DNA from: Spirochaetota bacterium
GTDB taxonomy: Bacteria > Spirochaetota > Spirochaetia > DSM-27196 > PWMO01
Direction of reading: 5' to 3'
Assembly: GCA_009908925.1 (NCBI GenBank)
Contig: JAAAOH010000318.1
Location: 1-57,620 of the forward strand
DNA length: 57,620 bases
The position numbers and the translations under genes were made by a program. Positions 35,141 through 44,111 of this stretch are shown here, piece after piece (position 1 is the stretch's first letter; the number at the start of each line of letters is the position of its first letter). The notes below the pieces were generated by a model. That model did not search any database. It was not told the origin of the DNA and saw nothing but the letters and a program-made list of their open reading frames with translations.

Positions 35141-36837
35141 CGGAGCACGGGAGCGCCGACCCGATCAGCGCCTCGCAGATCAGTGCCGAGCGCATCGCCG
35201 CCGATATCGAGGCGATCGCCGGCTTCTCCGAGAGCCCGGCTGAGATCGGCTACAGTCGCCCCACTTTCACGAGCGCCTGGAAAGCCGCCAGGGACTACGT
35301 GATCGAGCAGGCAGAGAAGGCCGGCGCCGAACACGTGATTGACGCTGCGGGCAACGTGCACGTCCGCCATCCGACGGTGGGCTGGGATAGCCCGGTATGG
35401 CTTTCCGGCTCTCACCTCGACTCCGTGCCGTCAGGCGGTAAGTACGATGGCGTGATGGGAGTGGTCATCCCCCTCGAGATTCTGCGGGTGCGTCCCGACC
35501 TGCCCCTCGAGCTGGTGATATTCTGCGAAGAGGAGGGGACGACGTTCAACCTCGGCATGATCGGAAGCCGCGCCTGGACCGGGGCGGTGGACGTAGAGAC
35601 GCTCGAGCGCCTAACCAATCGTGACGGGCAGACTGTTGTCGAGGCGGGAACGCCGTACGGGCTCGACGTCGAGCGGCTCAGAGCCGCGGCGGCCGCAGAC
35701 CCGGCCTCGGCACCCACGGGTGTGCGCTGGACCGACCGGATCGACCCGCAGCGCTACATCGGCCTCGTCGAGGTGCACGCCGAGCAGGGGGTGAGCCTGT
35801 GGGACGCAGGGGTTCCCCTTGCGGCGGTGGACCGGATCAACGGCCGGCGACAGTTCGAGGTCACGGTTACCGGGCACGCAAATCACGCGGGCTCCACCGG
35901 GATGCAGGGCAGACGCGATGCGCTCGTCGGCGCTGCGGAGATGGTAGCCGCCATTGAGACCCTCGGGCTCGAGCTTGATGCGGATCTCCCGTACTCGGTC
36001 TGCACGGTCGGAAGGCTCTCGGTGGCACCGGGGGCGGCAAACGTCATACCCGGCGAGGTCGGGTTCTCGGTGGATATGCGGGGCCAGCAGGAGGAGCTTC
36101 TCGAGCGCGGGGAGACCGCCCTCCGCGAGCGTCTCGCCGGGATTGCCGGGCGCCGTGGTCTGGACGTCCACGTGGGGCGAAGCGAGCATATCGCGCCGTC
36201 GCCGTTGTCGTCGAAGATCGGTCGTGCCCTGCAGGCCGCCGCCGCGGAGCTTGGTCTCGAGATTCCCATTCGGCCGAGCGGTGCTCTCCACGATGCCGCC
36301 ATCGTCGCTGAGCATGTGCCGACGGCCATGGTCTTCGTGGCAAGCCGCGGCGGCATCAGCCACAACCCGGAGGAGTTCAGCGCGAGTGACGACATCGCGC
36401 AGGCGGCGGCGGTGCTGCTTCGTATGATCGAACGCATCCCGACGGGGCGGCGAGCGGACAGCCGGCCGGAGATGCGATCACCCTCGGAGAGCTCAACGCG
36501 ATGCCCCACGACCGGGCGGTTGACTGCTGCAGCGGATTCTTCGAGCGGTCTCCGTGGATCGTCGAGCAGGCACTTCGCGGGCGGCCCTTTCGGTCGCTCC
36601 CGGCACTCCACGGCGCGTGCATGCGTGTCATCGAAGAGGCCGGTGAGGACGCGCAACTTGCCCTTATTCGGGCGCATCCGGACCTCGTCGGGCGCCTCGC
36701 GAAACAGGGGCGTCTGGGTGCGGAGTCCACCCGTGAGCAGGCAGCCGCCGGTCTTGCCGAGCTCAGGCCCGCGGAAGCGGAGACCTTTGACCGCTTCAAC
36801 GCCGCGTACCACGAGCGGTTCGGATTTCCATTCGTGA
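35137..36837 (+). CDS. allC: allantoate amidohydrolase (M20). Homology ends near 36445 and the rest is stop-less read-through
   Basis: ATGA overlap with the KARI-like gene. AllC pattern: SGSHLDSVP.GG.YDG, EEEG..F, VTVTGHANHAGSTGM..R.DA, ALHDAAI...VPTAMVFV.S..GISHNPEE. No in-frame stop occurs until 36835-36837. The listed ORF start at 34789 is spurious. Confidence 0.8.
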   Translation: MTEHGSADPISASQISAERIAADIEAIAGFSESPAEIGYSRPTFTSAWKAARDYVIEQAEKAGAEHVIDAAGNVHVRHPTVGWDSPVWLSGSHLDSVPSGGKYDGVMGVVIPLEILRVRPDLPLELVIFCEEEGTTFNLGMIGSRAWTGAVDVETLERLTNRDGQTVVEAGTPYGLDVERLRAAAAADPASAPTGVRWTDRIDPQRYIGLVEVHAEQGVSLWDAGVPLAAVDRINGRRQFEVTVTGHANHAGSTGMQGRRDALVGAAEMVAAIETLGLELDADLPYSVCTVGRLSVAPGAANVIPGEVGFSVDMRGQQEELLERGETALRERLAGIAGRRGLDVHVGRSEHIAPSPLSSKIGRALQAAAAELGLEIPIRPSGALHDAAIVAEHVPTAMVFVASRGGISHNPEEFSASDDIAQAAAVLLRMIERIPTGRRADSRPEMRSPSESSTRCPTTGRLTAAADSSSGLRGSSSRHFAGGPFGRSRHSTARACVSSKRPVRTRNLPLFGRIRTSSGASRNRGVWVRSPPVSRQPPVLPSSGPRKRRPLTASTPRTTSGSDFHS

Positions 36838-36983
36838 TCTGCGCGCGGAAGAACCGGAAGAATGCGATTCTCGAAGCCTTCCCGAAGCGGCTCGAACACG
36901 AGCGCACGGAAGAGATTGCTACCGCGATCGGGCAGATCGGCGAGATTGCGTGGTTGCGCATGTCCGACGCCATCGTGGACTGA
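36501..36983 (+). CDS. uraD: OHCU (2-oxo-4-hydroxy-4-carboxy-5-ureidoimidazoline) decarboxylase. Homology extends upstream of the only start codon
   Basis: FERSPWIVEQA, RPF.S, IRAHPDL, S..EQA.AGL, FN.AY..RFGFPFVIC and R motifs. The frame is open from 36390 and encodes ITLGELNA before ATG 36501. Confidence 0.8.
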   Translation: MPHDRAVDCCSGFFERSPWIVEQALRGRPFRSLPALHGACMRVIEEAGEDAQLALIRAHPDLVGRLAKQGRLGAESTREQAAAGLAELRPAEAETFDRFNAAYHERFGFPFVICARKNRKNAILEAFPKRLEHERTEEIATAIGQIGEIAWLRMSDAIVD

Positions 36984-37016
36984 GAGACATAGCGCAGCAC
37001 TGGGAGAGGAGGATTC

Positions 37017-37910
37017 ATGGCAGTTCTGAGAGACAATTCCTACGGGAAGGAACGGGTCAGGCTGACGAAGATTGTGCGTGACGAGTCGGGCGGCTCGACG
37101 CCCCCGGTCCATCACGTCTACGAGTACACCGTCGAGATCATGCTTCACGGAGCCTTCGATCGGGTGTATACCGATGCGGACAACTCCGCATGCGTTCCCA
37201 CCGACACGATGAAGAACACCGTGTATGCGGTGGCTCGCACGAGCACGTTTTCCTCTCCAGAGCAATTTGCCGATGCGCTCTCGGGCCGCTTCATCGACCG
37301 CTTCGAGCAGGTAGAGGGGGTCGATATCGAGTTAGAGGCCCAACGCTGGCGCCGCATCGAGGTGGACGGAGCGCAGCACCCGCACGCCTTCGAGAAACAG
37401 CATGGCACGCGGACGGCCGTCATATCCCGTCGAGGTGCAGATGCGGCATCCTCGCAGTCGGCTCTGTCAGGCGGCATCCGCGGTATGGAGGTCTTCAAGA
37501 GCACGGGCTCGGGCTTCACGGGGTTCTACCACGACGAGTACACGACCCTGCCTGAAACCGAAGACCGTATCCTTGCCACCACCGTCGACGCGGAGTGGGA
37601 CTACGGTGCCGGCGTGGACATGGCGGGCACGGACTTCGATAGCGTTTGGGAGACGATCCATCACACCGTCGCGCGGGTCTTCGCGAAGCATGACAGCCCG
37701 AGCCTACAGGCGACCCTCTGGGAGATGGGCACCGCAGTCATCGGGGAGGTGCCGGTCGTGGACTCCATCAGCTTCTCCATGCCCAACCAGCATCACATCC
37801 GCTTCGACTTGAGCGCGTTCGGGCTCGACAACCCGAACGAGGTCTTCTACGGAACCGACTCACCGTTCGGCATTATCACCGGCACGGTCGATCGTGAGGA
37901 GGAAACATGA
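37017..37910 (+). CDS. urate oxidase (cofactor-independent uricase)
   Basis: Collinear with Arthrobacter/Bacillus uricases as remembered: YGK..VRL.K, V.TDT.KNTVYA.A, HAF, TAV, KSTGS.F.GF..D.YTTL.ET.DRILAT, MPN.HH, DNPNEVFY. Confidence 0.88.
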   Translation: MAVLRDNSYGKERVRLTKIVRDESGGSTPPVHHVYEYTVEIMLHGAFDRVYTDADNSACVPTDTMKNTVYAVARTSTFSSPEQFADALSGRFIDRFEQVEGVDIELEAQRWRRIEVDGAQHPHAFEKQHGTRTAVISRRGADAASSQSALSGGIRGMEVFKSTGSGFTGFYHDEYTTLPETEDRILATTVDAEWDYGAGVDMAGTDFDSVWETIHHTVARVFAKHDSPSLQATLWEMGTAVIGEVPVVDSISFSMPNQHHIRFDLSAFGLDNPNEVFYGTDSPFGIITGTVDREEET

Positions 37911-38260
37911 GCGCAAAACTGAGTACGCACGTGCTCGACACCGCCTCCGGGCGGCCTGCCGGCGGCGTAGCGCTTGAGCTGTGGCGAAAAGCGGCGGAGG
38001 AGTGGGAGCTCGTGATCACGGCGCGGACCAACGCCGACGGCCGCACCGACGGCCCGCTGCTGTCCGGAGACAGAATCGAGCCGGGCGACTACCGGCTCGT
38101 GTTCGATGTTGCCTCCTATTTTCGCGCGCAGGGCCACCCGGATGCCGGCGTGTTTCTGACCGAGGTGCCGCTTGCCTTCCGGATTTCCGACGCGGGCGCC
38201 GGCTATCACGTTCCGCTGCTCGTCTCGCCCTGGTCCTACACCACTTATCGGGGGAGTTGA
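37907..38260 (+). CDS. hiuH: 5-hydroxyisourate hydrolase (transthyretin-like)
   Basis: 117 aa with LSTHVLDT..G.PA, YHVPLL.SP..Y.TYRGS and the diagnostic C-terminal YRGS. Confidence 0.9.
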   Translation: MSAKLSTHVLDTASGRPAGGVALELWRKAAEEWELVITARTNADGRTDGPLLSGDRIEPGDYRLVFDVASYFRAQGHPDAGVFLTEVPLAFRISDAGAGYHVPLLVSPWSYTTYRGS

Positions 38261-38263
38261 GCC

Positions 38264-39640
38264 ATGGCGTACGAGCTACTGATTCGCGGCGGGACGGTGG
38301 TGACGGCGGAGGGCGTCGAGGTTGCCGACATCGGGATCGAAGACGGCCGGATCGCCGAGGTTGCCGGTGAGATGAGTGGCGGGCGCGGTCCCGGCACGCA
38401 GGAGATCGATGCCCGGGGGCTTCACGTGTTCCCGGGCGTCGTGGATGCCCATGTGCACTTCAACGATCCCGGGCGCGACCATTGGGAAGGCGCGGCCACC
38501 GGTTCGGCGGCGCTCGCAGCAGGCGGGGGCACCGTCTTCATCGACATGCCCCTCAACTCATCCCCGCCCGTCCTCGACGGCGCATCCTTCGACGCCAAGC
38601 TCCAGGCCTGCGAAGGGCGATCCTTCACCGACTTTGCGCTCTACGGGGGGCTCACCCCCGTGAATCTCGATTCCATGGAGGAGCTCGCCGAGCGGGGCGT
38701 TGCCGGCTACAAGGCCTTCATGTGCCCGAGCGGCATTGACGATTTCCAGTGGTCCGACGACGTCACGCTGTACCGCGGCATGGAGATCGCCGCCCGGGCG
38801 GGGCTGCCCGTGCTCCTCCACGCCGAGAGCGCGCCTATCCTTGCCGCGCTGAGTGCAGCGTCTCAGGGTTCCGGGGAGGGACCGGGCGCCGCGAACGCCG
38901 GCGCCGGCGGTGCGCCAACCGCCGTGCGCCGCTTCCTCGACTCGCGGCCGGTCATTGCCGAGCTCGAGGCCATCAACCGGGCGCTTCTCTTCGCCGAGGA
39001 GACCGGCTGCCGAATTCACGTCGTCCACATCACCAACCGCCGCGGTGTCGAGCTCATCCGTCGGGCCGTTGCCGGCGGCCGGGTCGACGCGTCCGCCGAG
39101 ACCTGTCCCCACTACCTGTTCTTCACCGACCGGGACATGGAGACGATCGGCGCCCGAGCGAAGTGCGCGCCGCCATTGCGCGAGGAGGACATTCGCCGCG
39201 GCCAGATCGAGGCCCTGCTCGCCGGTGAGATCGACACCGTGGGCTCGGACCACTCGCCGGCGCCGTCGGACATGAAGGACCGCGAGGATTTCTCTACCGC
39301 CTGGGGGGGCATCCCGGGTGCCCAGACGACGCTACGCACCCTGCTGACGGTGGAAATACCCCCGGAGCGCATCGCGGCGGTGGCCGCACAGAATCCAGCC
39401 GAGCGCTTCGGACTGGCGGGGAAGGGCCGCATCGAAGTGGGCTACGATGCCGACCTCGCGCTGGTGCGTGTCGATACCGAGGCTGAGCTTACCAGCGACG
39501 AGCTTCGTGACCGCCATCGGCTGAGTCCCTACTTGGGGCGCAGGTTGTGCGGCCACGTGGAGCGGGTCCTGCTTCGGGGACGCGAGGTAGACGACACGCC
39601 GCGCGGGCGGTTCCTCCGGCCGGCTGACGCGCGGCGCTAG
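38264..39640 (+). CDS. allB: allantoinase
   Basis: DAHVHFNDPGR.HWEG, GG.T...DMPLN, LLHAE, HVVHI, ETCPHYL, GSDHSP.P, WGGI.G.Q and RH..SPY.GR, collinear with E. coli AllB as remembered. Confidence 0.9.
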   Translation: MAYELLIRGGTVVTAEGVEVADIGIEDGRIAEVAGEMSGGRGPGTQEIDARGLHVFPGVVDAHVHFNDPGRDHWEGAATGSAALAAGGGTVFIDMPLNSSPPVLDGASFDAKLQACEGRSFTDFALYGGLTPVNLDSMEELAERGVAGYKAFMCPSGIDDFQWSDDVTLYRGMEIAARAGLPVLLHAESAPILAALSAASQGSGEGPGAANAGAGGAPTAVRRFLDSRPVIAELEAINRALLFAEETGCRIHVVHITNRRGVELIRRAVAGGRVDASAETCPHYLFFTDRDMETIGARAKCAPPLREEDIRRGQIEALLAGEIDTVGSDHSPAPSDMKDREDFSTAWGGIPGAQTTLRTLLTVEIPPERIAAVAAQNPAERFGLAGKGRIEVGYDADLALVRVDTEAELTSDELRDRHRLSPYLGRRLCGHVERVLLRGREVDDTPRGRFLRPADARR

Positions 39641-40788
39641 GAAGTCGCAGGCGGCACGAAGGGAGAGAAAATCGGCGCGGCCGCGTGTGCGCTCAACGGC
39701 TCGCCGCTTCGTCCGTGGCGGGTCGCCTGGATCTCGGCCACGATCGACAGGGCGATGTCCTCGGGTGCTTTCCCGCCGAGGTCGAGCCCGATGGGTGTGT
39801 GTACCGGCGGAAGCACCGAGAGATCGAATCCGGACTCCGCCTGCCGGGTCTCGCGCTCGGTGTGGCGCGCCCGCTTTCCCATGCACCCGACATAGGAAAC
39901 CCGCGGCATCTTTATGAGTGTCCGGAACAGGTCGTCCTCGAACCGGGTCTCATGTGTGAGCGATACGACGCAGGCGCGCCTTCCGAGGCCGTCGGGCCCG
40001 GTGCCCAGGCGTTCGGGAAGCTCCCGTGGCCAGGCGCAGATGACCTCTTGCGCATCGGGGAAGTGCTCGGCGCGGGCGTAGGTGGCGCGGGGGTCTGCAA
40101 CGACCACCCGAAAGCCCATGGTCCGACCGAGGGTGCTGAGGGGATAGGCAACCGTTGCCGCCCCGAAGATGAGCAGAAGCGTGGACGGAATGCGTGGCTC
40201 GGAGAGCTCGACCCACAACCCTTCGTCGGTGTTCGTGACCCGGGACACGGGGGCGTCGGACGGGCCGACGGATCCGGCCGCGGACTCCCGCCCGCCTGCC
40301 GACCCGGTTGCCGCCGCACCGTCTGCCGGTACCAGGCGATGCTCGAGCTCGTGGACCTCCTGCCCGTCCGGCGTGCGGTACCGGGTGAGCAGTGTCGCTC
40401 CCGCCGGGCGCTCGAGCTGTTCGAGCAGGGTGGAGGTGAGTGGCTCGAGGAGGACGTCGATCGTACCGTCGCAGTTGAGGCCGACCTCGAGCTCGGTGTT
40501 CTCCACTTTGCTGTACTCGACGAGGCGGGGCGCGCCGCCGGCAAGAACCTGTTCGGCCTGTAGCGTCACATCGCGTTCGACACATCCGCCGCTTACCGAC
40601 CCGACGAAATCGTCGCCGTCGGAGATGACCATACGCCCGCCGAGCGGCCGGCTCGACGAGCCGCGAATCCGCGTGATCGTGGCCAGGACCAGGGGACGTC
40701 CCTGATCCGCCCATGCGCGTGCTTTCTGCAGCAGATACTCTTCGAACACCACGTGCAGAAGATACCGTGTAGGCCGCGTTGTTGTCAT
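39637..40788 (-). CDS. XdhC/CoxI family molybdenum hydroxylase accessory (Moco sulfuration/insertion) protein
   Basis: N-terminal XdhC_CoxI pattern (LATI..IRGSS.RP.G.RM.I...G...GS.SGGC.E) and a C-terminal Rossmann-like XdhC_C domain (LLIFGA). The start may be a downstream GTG (40752 or 40749). Confidence 0.83.
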   Translation of the reverse strand: MTTTRPTRYLLHVVFEEYLLQKARAWADQGRPLVLATITRIRGSSSRPLGGRMVISDGDDFVGSVSGGCVERDVTLQAEQVLAGGAPRLVEYSKVENTELEVGLNCDGTIDVLLEPLTSTLLEQLERPAGATLLTRYRTPDGQEVHELEHRLVPADGAAATGSAGGRESAAGSVGPSDAPVSRVTNTDEGLWVELSEPRIPSTLLLIFGAATVAYPLSTLGRTMGFRVVVADPRATYARAEHFPDAQEVICAWPRELPERLGTGPDGLGRRACVVSLTHETRFEDDLFRTLIKMPRVSYVGCMGKRARHTERETRQAESGFDLSVLPPVHTPIGLDLGGKAPEDIALSIVAEIQATRHGRSGEPLSAHAAAPIFSPFVPPATS

Positions 40789-40820
40789 CCCGGGCGGGCT
40801 GTTCTACACTCTCGTCCACT

Positions 40821-41423
40821 GTGAGGCAAGCGATAGACGGAATCATACCGGTGGCCGGTTTCTCGGCACGTATGGGGCGGTGGAAGCCCGAAATCAGGTG
40901 GCATGGACGATCGCTCCTTGCGGTGGTTGCCGAGCGTGCGCGCGCTCACTGTGGCCGCCTGCTCGTTGTCACCGGCTACCGGGCTTCGGATGTTCCGGCC
41001 CTCCTCCCCTCTGACGCAAGCATTCGCCTCGTCCACAACCAGGACTTCGAACGCGGCATGTTCTCCTCCATTCAGACCGCGCTCCCCGAGATAGCGACCG
41101 AGACGTTCTTCGTCTTCCTCGCCGACATGCCTGCCGTACCCGACGACGTCGTGGCTCGCCTTGCCGGACCGCATATCACGACCTGGATTCGTCCCGCATA
41201 CAACGGGAAGCCCGGTCACCCGGTCCGGATCCACCGACGCCTCGTTCCTGAGCTCCTCGAGCTCGACCCGCGTATCGGCTCCATGCGCGAAGTGTTGCAT
41301 CGCCACGAGGGGAGTCTGCTCGAGACTGACGATCCGGGCGTCTACCTCGACCTCGATCATCCCGCGGACGTCGTACGATTCGAGGGGGCCTGGGCGCGAG
41401 ACCCCGGGCCGGAGGAGCGCTGA
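40821..41423 (+). CDS. mocA: molybdenum cofactor cytidylyltransferase (MobA-like NTP transferase, MocA/YgfJ type)
   Basis: IIPVAGFSARMG.WK, VVTGYR, HN.D...GM.SS, F....DMP and NGKPGHPV resemble E. coli MocA as remembered. GTG 40821 is preferred over the listed TTG 40779, which overlaps the divergent XdhC-family gene. Confidence 0.78.
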   Translation: MRQAIDGIIPVAGFSARMGRWKPEIRWHGRSLLAVVAERARAHCGRLLVVTGYRASDVPALLPSDASIRLVHNQDFERGMFSSIQTALPEIATETFFVFLADMPAVPDDVVARLAGPHITTWIRPAYNGKPGHPVRIHRRLVPELLELDPRIGSMREVLHRHEGSLLETDDPGVYLDLDHPADVVRFEGAWARDPGPEER

Positions 41424-41424
41424 G

Positions 41425-41928
41425 GTGCCGGTGACGATCGTGACCGGCGGCCGTGATGCCGGCAAGACGCAGTGGGTCCGCGAGCTCTCCGACCGGCGGC
41501 CGGCGTGGGGGTTCATCTCGCCGAAGGTCTTCACCGGCGGGGCCTTCGTGGGGTACGACCTCCTGTTCCTTCCCGACGGAGACCGGATGCCGCTTGCGCG
41601 CCTCGCCGCGGGTCCCGGCGCCGAGAGCTCCGTCCCCGACGATGAGAGCTTCCGCTTCCGGCGGTTCCGCTTCAATGGGGCGGCCTTCGACCGGGCGCGA
41701 AATGAGGCACGGCGCGCGCTTGCCGGTGGCGGTCCCAGGCCGGAGGCGGCCATTCTCCTCGATGAGGTCGGGCCGCTCGAGGTAGACGGCGGCGGGTTTC
41801 GCGAGGTGCTCGACGGCATTCTTGCGGCGGCCCGCACGGCTGTCCTGACGACGAGACCGGGCCTTGTGGGCTGGCTCACCGAGTGGGCCGGGGCGGACCG
41901 TGTCGAGGTCATCGATCTTGGTCCCTGA
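41425..41928 (+). CDS. small P-loop NTPase (THEP1/DUF2478-like), function unknown
   Basis: GTG start 1 nt after the mocA stop. Walker A is TGGRDAGKT and Walker B-like is ILLDEVGPLE. About 167 aa. The upstream part of the listed 255-aa ORF overlaps mocA out of frame. Confidence 0.6.
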   Translation: MPVTIVTGGRDAGKTQWVRELSDRRPAWGFISPKVFTGGAFVGYDLLFLPDGDRMPLARLAAGPGAESSVPDDESFRFRRFRFNGAAFDRARNEARRALAGGGPRPEAAILLDEVGPLEVDGGGFREVLDGILAAARTAVLTTRPGLVGWLTEWAGADRVEVIDLGP

Positions 41929-42025
41929 CTTCAGGTGGCGGATGACCGCCACGACTGTGTTGAACGGCAAAACCTGCTTGAGTAGATTAGGAACACGAGG
42001 CAACCACCCTGCCCGGAGGTCAACC

Positions 42026-43108
42026 ATGAACGTGCATCATCGAGTCGTATCCGTTTTCGTCGTCCTGCTTCTGCTCGCCCCCCTGCCGCTCGCAGCTGAA
42101 GGTGAGCCGGAGCCGCCCGCCGAGATCACCGTCGAAGACTCCTTCGGGCGCACGGTGGAGCTCCCCGAGGTCCCCTCGCGGATCGTGCTTGCCGGGCGTG
42201 CAACCATCATGCTTGTCGATGCGATCTATCTCTTTCCGGGTGTCGGCGAGCGAATCGTGGCTGTCGGCCGCACCAACCAGGGCATCGGAGATTTCTTTCC
42301 CGTGCTCGACGACGATCCGGGGGCGAAGCGTCGCCTCGGCCGCAGCGCCGGCGCCGAGGAAATCCTCGCGTCAGACCCCGATCTCGTCATCCTGAAGTCC
42401 CAGATGCGAAGCAACCTCGGCACGGCCCTCGAGAACGCCGGCGCCACGGTCCTGTATCTCGATCTCGAAACCCCCGAGCAGTACGCCCGAGACATACGCG
42501 TGCTCGGTGACGTCCTCGATCAGCCCGAGCGGGCGGAAGAGATTGTGTCGCTCTTCCGGCGACGCGCCGCGGCGCTGCGTGAGGCCACCGGCGGCCTGGA
42601 GCGCCCGAAGGTGCTCGTGCTCTCCTATGCCCGAAGCGGCGAGGAGTACAGCTTCCGGGTGGCCCCGGAGTCCTGGATCCAGACCGATCAGGTTCGGCTG
42701 GCCGGAGGTGAGCCGATCTGGACGGACGCTGCGACCAGTCCCGGATGGAATCAGATCGAGTTCGAGCAGATCGCCGCATGGGATCCCGCGGTGATCGTGC
42801 TTATTTCATACCGCACCGACGTCGCCGAGCCGAAGCGGCGTGTGCTCGCGGATGAGCTATGGGCGGAGCTGCAGGCCGTTCGGAACGGACGTGTATATGC
42901 GATGCCCTCCGACTACTACAGCTGGGGCCAGCCGGATACACGCTGGATACTCGGCGCGGAGTGGATGGCCTACGCCCTCCATCCCGGGCGCTTTGAGCAG
43001 CCCTTCGAGGAGCGCATCCGCGTCTTCTTCCGCGAGTTCTACGGTATCGGGGCGCAGGACTACCGCGTCGAGATCGCACCGCGACTCTCCGGGGATCTCG
43101 TTGAGTAG
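42026..43108 (+). CDS. ABC transporter substrate-binding protein, iron-siderophore/cobalamin (FhuD/BtuF, cluster A) type
   Basis: Signal peptide (MNVHHRVVSVFVVLLLLAPLPLAA). Periplasmic_binding_2-like layout (RIV.....T.ML..I......IVAV, DPDLVI, WDP.VIV). GGAGG RBS before ATG 42026. Confidence 0.78.
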   Translation: MNVHHRVVSVFVVLLLLAPLPLAAEGEPEPPAEITVEDSFGRTVELPEVPSRIVLAGRATIMLVDAIYLFPGVGERIVAVGRTNQGIGDFFPVLDDDPGAKRRLGRSAGAEEILASDPDLVILKSQMRSNLGTALENAGATVLYLDLETPEQYARDIRVLGDVLDQPERAEEIVSLFRRRAAALREATGGLERPKVLVLSYARSGEEYSFRVAPESWIQTDQVRLAGGEPIWTDAATSPGWNQIEFEQIAAWDPAVIVLISYRTDVAEPKRRVLADELWAELQAVRNGRVYAMPSDYYSWGQPDTRWILGAEWMAYALHPGRFEQPFEERIRVFFREFYGIGAQDYRVEIAPRLSGDLVE

Positions 43109-43127
43109 CGCTGCTGCCAATCCCGAC

Positions 43128-44111
43128 ATGCGGCGACGCAGCTTCCTGCCGCTCGCACTGCTCTTCGTGGTGCTCTTTGCCGCGTCGCTGCTGCTCGGCC
43201 GCTATCCGGAGGCCGGGTTCGTTGCCCCGCAGCGGCTCTTCGCAGATCCGATGGGGGTGCGGGTCTTCAGCTTCCTGCGACTCCCGCGCGTCATCACGGC
43301 GAGCCTCCTCGGAGCGAGCCTGGCCGGCGCAGGAAGCGCCTTCCAGATGCTGTTTCGGAATCCCCTGGTCGAACCCGGCTTTCTCGGCGTGACCCAGGGG
43401 GCGGCGTTCGGCGCAGCAGGCTCCATTCTGTTCCTCCCCGGCGTCCCGGGTGCCGTTCAGGTTTCGGCGATCGTCTTCGCCGTTGCCGGTTTGTCGCTGT
43501 CCTTCTCGGTAGCGCGACGGCTGAAGTTTGGCGGCTGGGTTATCCGGATGGTCATTTCAGGCATTGCCGTCTCTGCCCTCTTTGCCGCCGCCGTCGGTAT
43601 TCTCAAGTACACCGCGGATCCCCTGTCCGAGCTGCCGGAGCTCACCTTCTGGATGCTCGGCGGACTTCAGGGTGTGACCTGGCGGGAAACCCTGGGCGTT
43701 GCCGTGGTTAGCGTGCCCGGACTGACTCTGCTGTATGCATATCGCTGGCGCCTCAATCTCCTGTCTCTCGACGACCTCACTGCCTTCTCCCTCGGCGCCA
43801 GCCCGGCCCGCCAGCGGATACTTCTGCTCCTCGCGGCCTCTCTGGCCACGGCCGGCGTGACGGCTGTTGCGGGAATCGTCGGCTGGGTCGGGCTCCTCGT
43901 GCCGCATCTTGCGCGGCGATTCTACGGAGCGGAAGGAAGCCGGGTCATGCCGGCCTCCATGATGATGGGGGCCATTATGGTGCTGATTTGCGACGACATC
44001 GCGCGTTCCGCCATGGTCTACGAGTTCCCGCTCGGCATTCTCACCTCGCTCCTCGGCGCGGGGCTGTTCCTGATGCTTCTTGCATCGGGTCGCGTGAGGT
44101 TCAGGCGATGA
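43128..44111 (+). CDS. FecCD-family ABC transporter permease
   Basis: 327 aa, multi-span, with RLPR...A.L.GA.LA.AG...Q....NPL..P..LGV..GA and a C-terminal P.GI.T...G..F motif. Confidence 0.85.
   Translation: MRRRSFLPLALLFVVLFAASLLLGRYPEAGFVAPQRLFADPMGVRVFSFLRLPRVITASLLGASLAGAGSAFQMLFRNPLVEPGFLGVTQGAAFGAAGSILFLPGVPGAVQVSAIVFAVAGLSLSFSVARRLKFGGWVIRMVISGIAVSALFAAAVGILKYTADPLSELPELTFWMLGGLQGVTWRETLGVAVVSVPGLTLLYAYRWRLNLLSLDDLTAFSLGASPARQRILLLLAASLATAGVTAVAGIVGWVGLLVPHLARRFYGAEGSRVMPASMMMGAIMVLICDDIARSAMVYEFPLGILTSLLGAGLFLMLLASGRVRFRR

Noticed and set aside
34103-37265. Antisense ORFs 34103-35065 (320 aa) and 35883-37265 (460 aa), plus the 116-codon N-terminal extension of the 34789-36837 ORF
   Set aside because: The antisense frames oppose recognisable KARI-like, allC and uraD genes. 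The 34789 start overlaps the KARI-like gene out of frame, and AllC homology begins exactly at ATG 35137 (ATGA coupling).
39637-39640. allB and the convergent XdhC-family gene share overlapping stop codons (CTAG)
   Set aside because: This is a real but trivial consequence of tight packing, and no functional implication can be supported.
39685-41912. ORFs 39685-40563 (+), 39950-40846 (-), 40785-41912 (-) and 41176-42027 (-) around the XdhC/MocA/NTPase genes
   Set aside because: These are alternative or antisense frames of recognisable genes, extremely Arg/Pro/Ser-rich, with no motifs.
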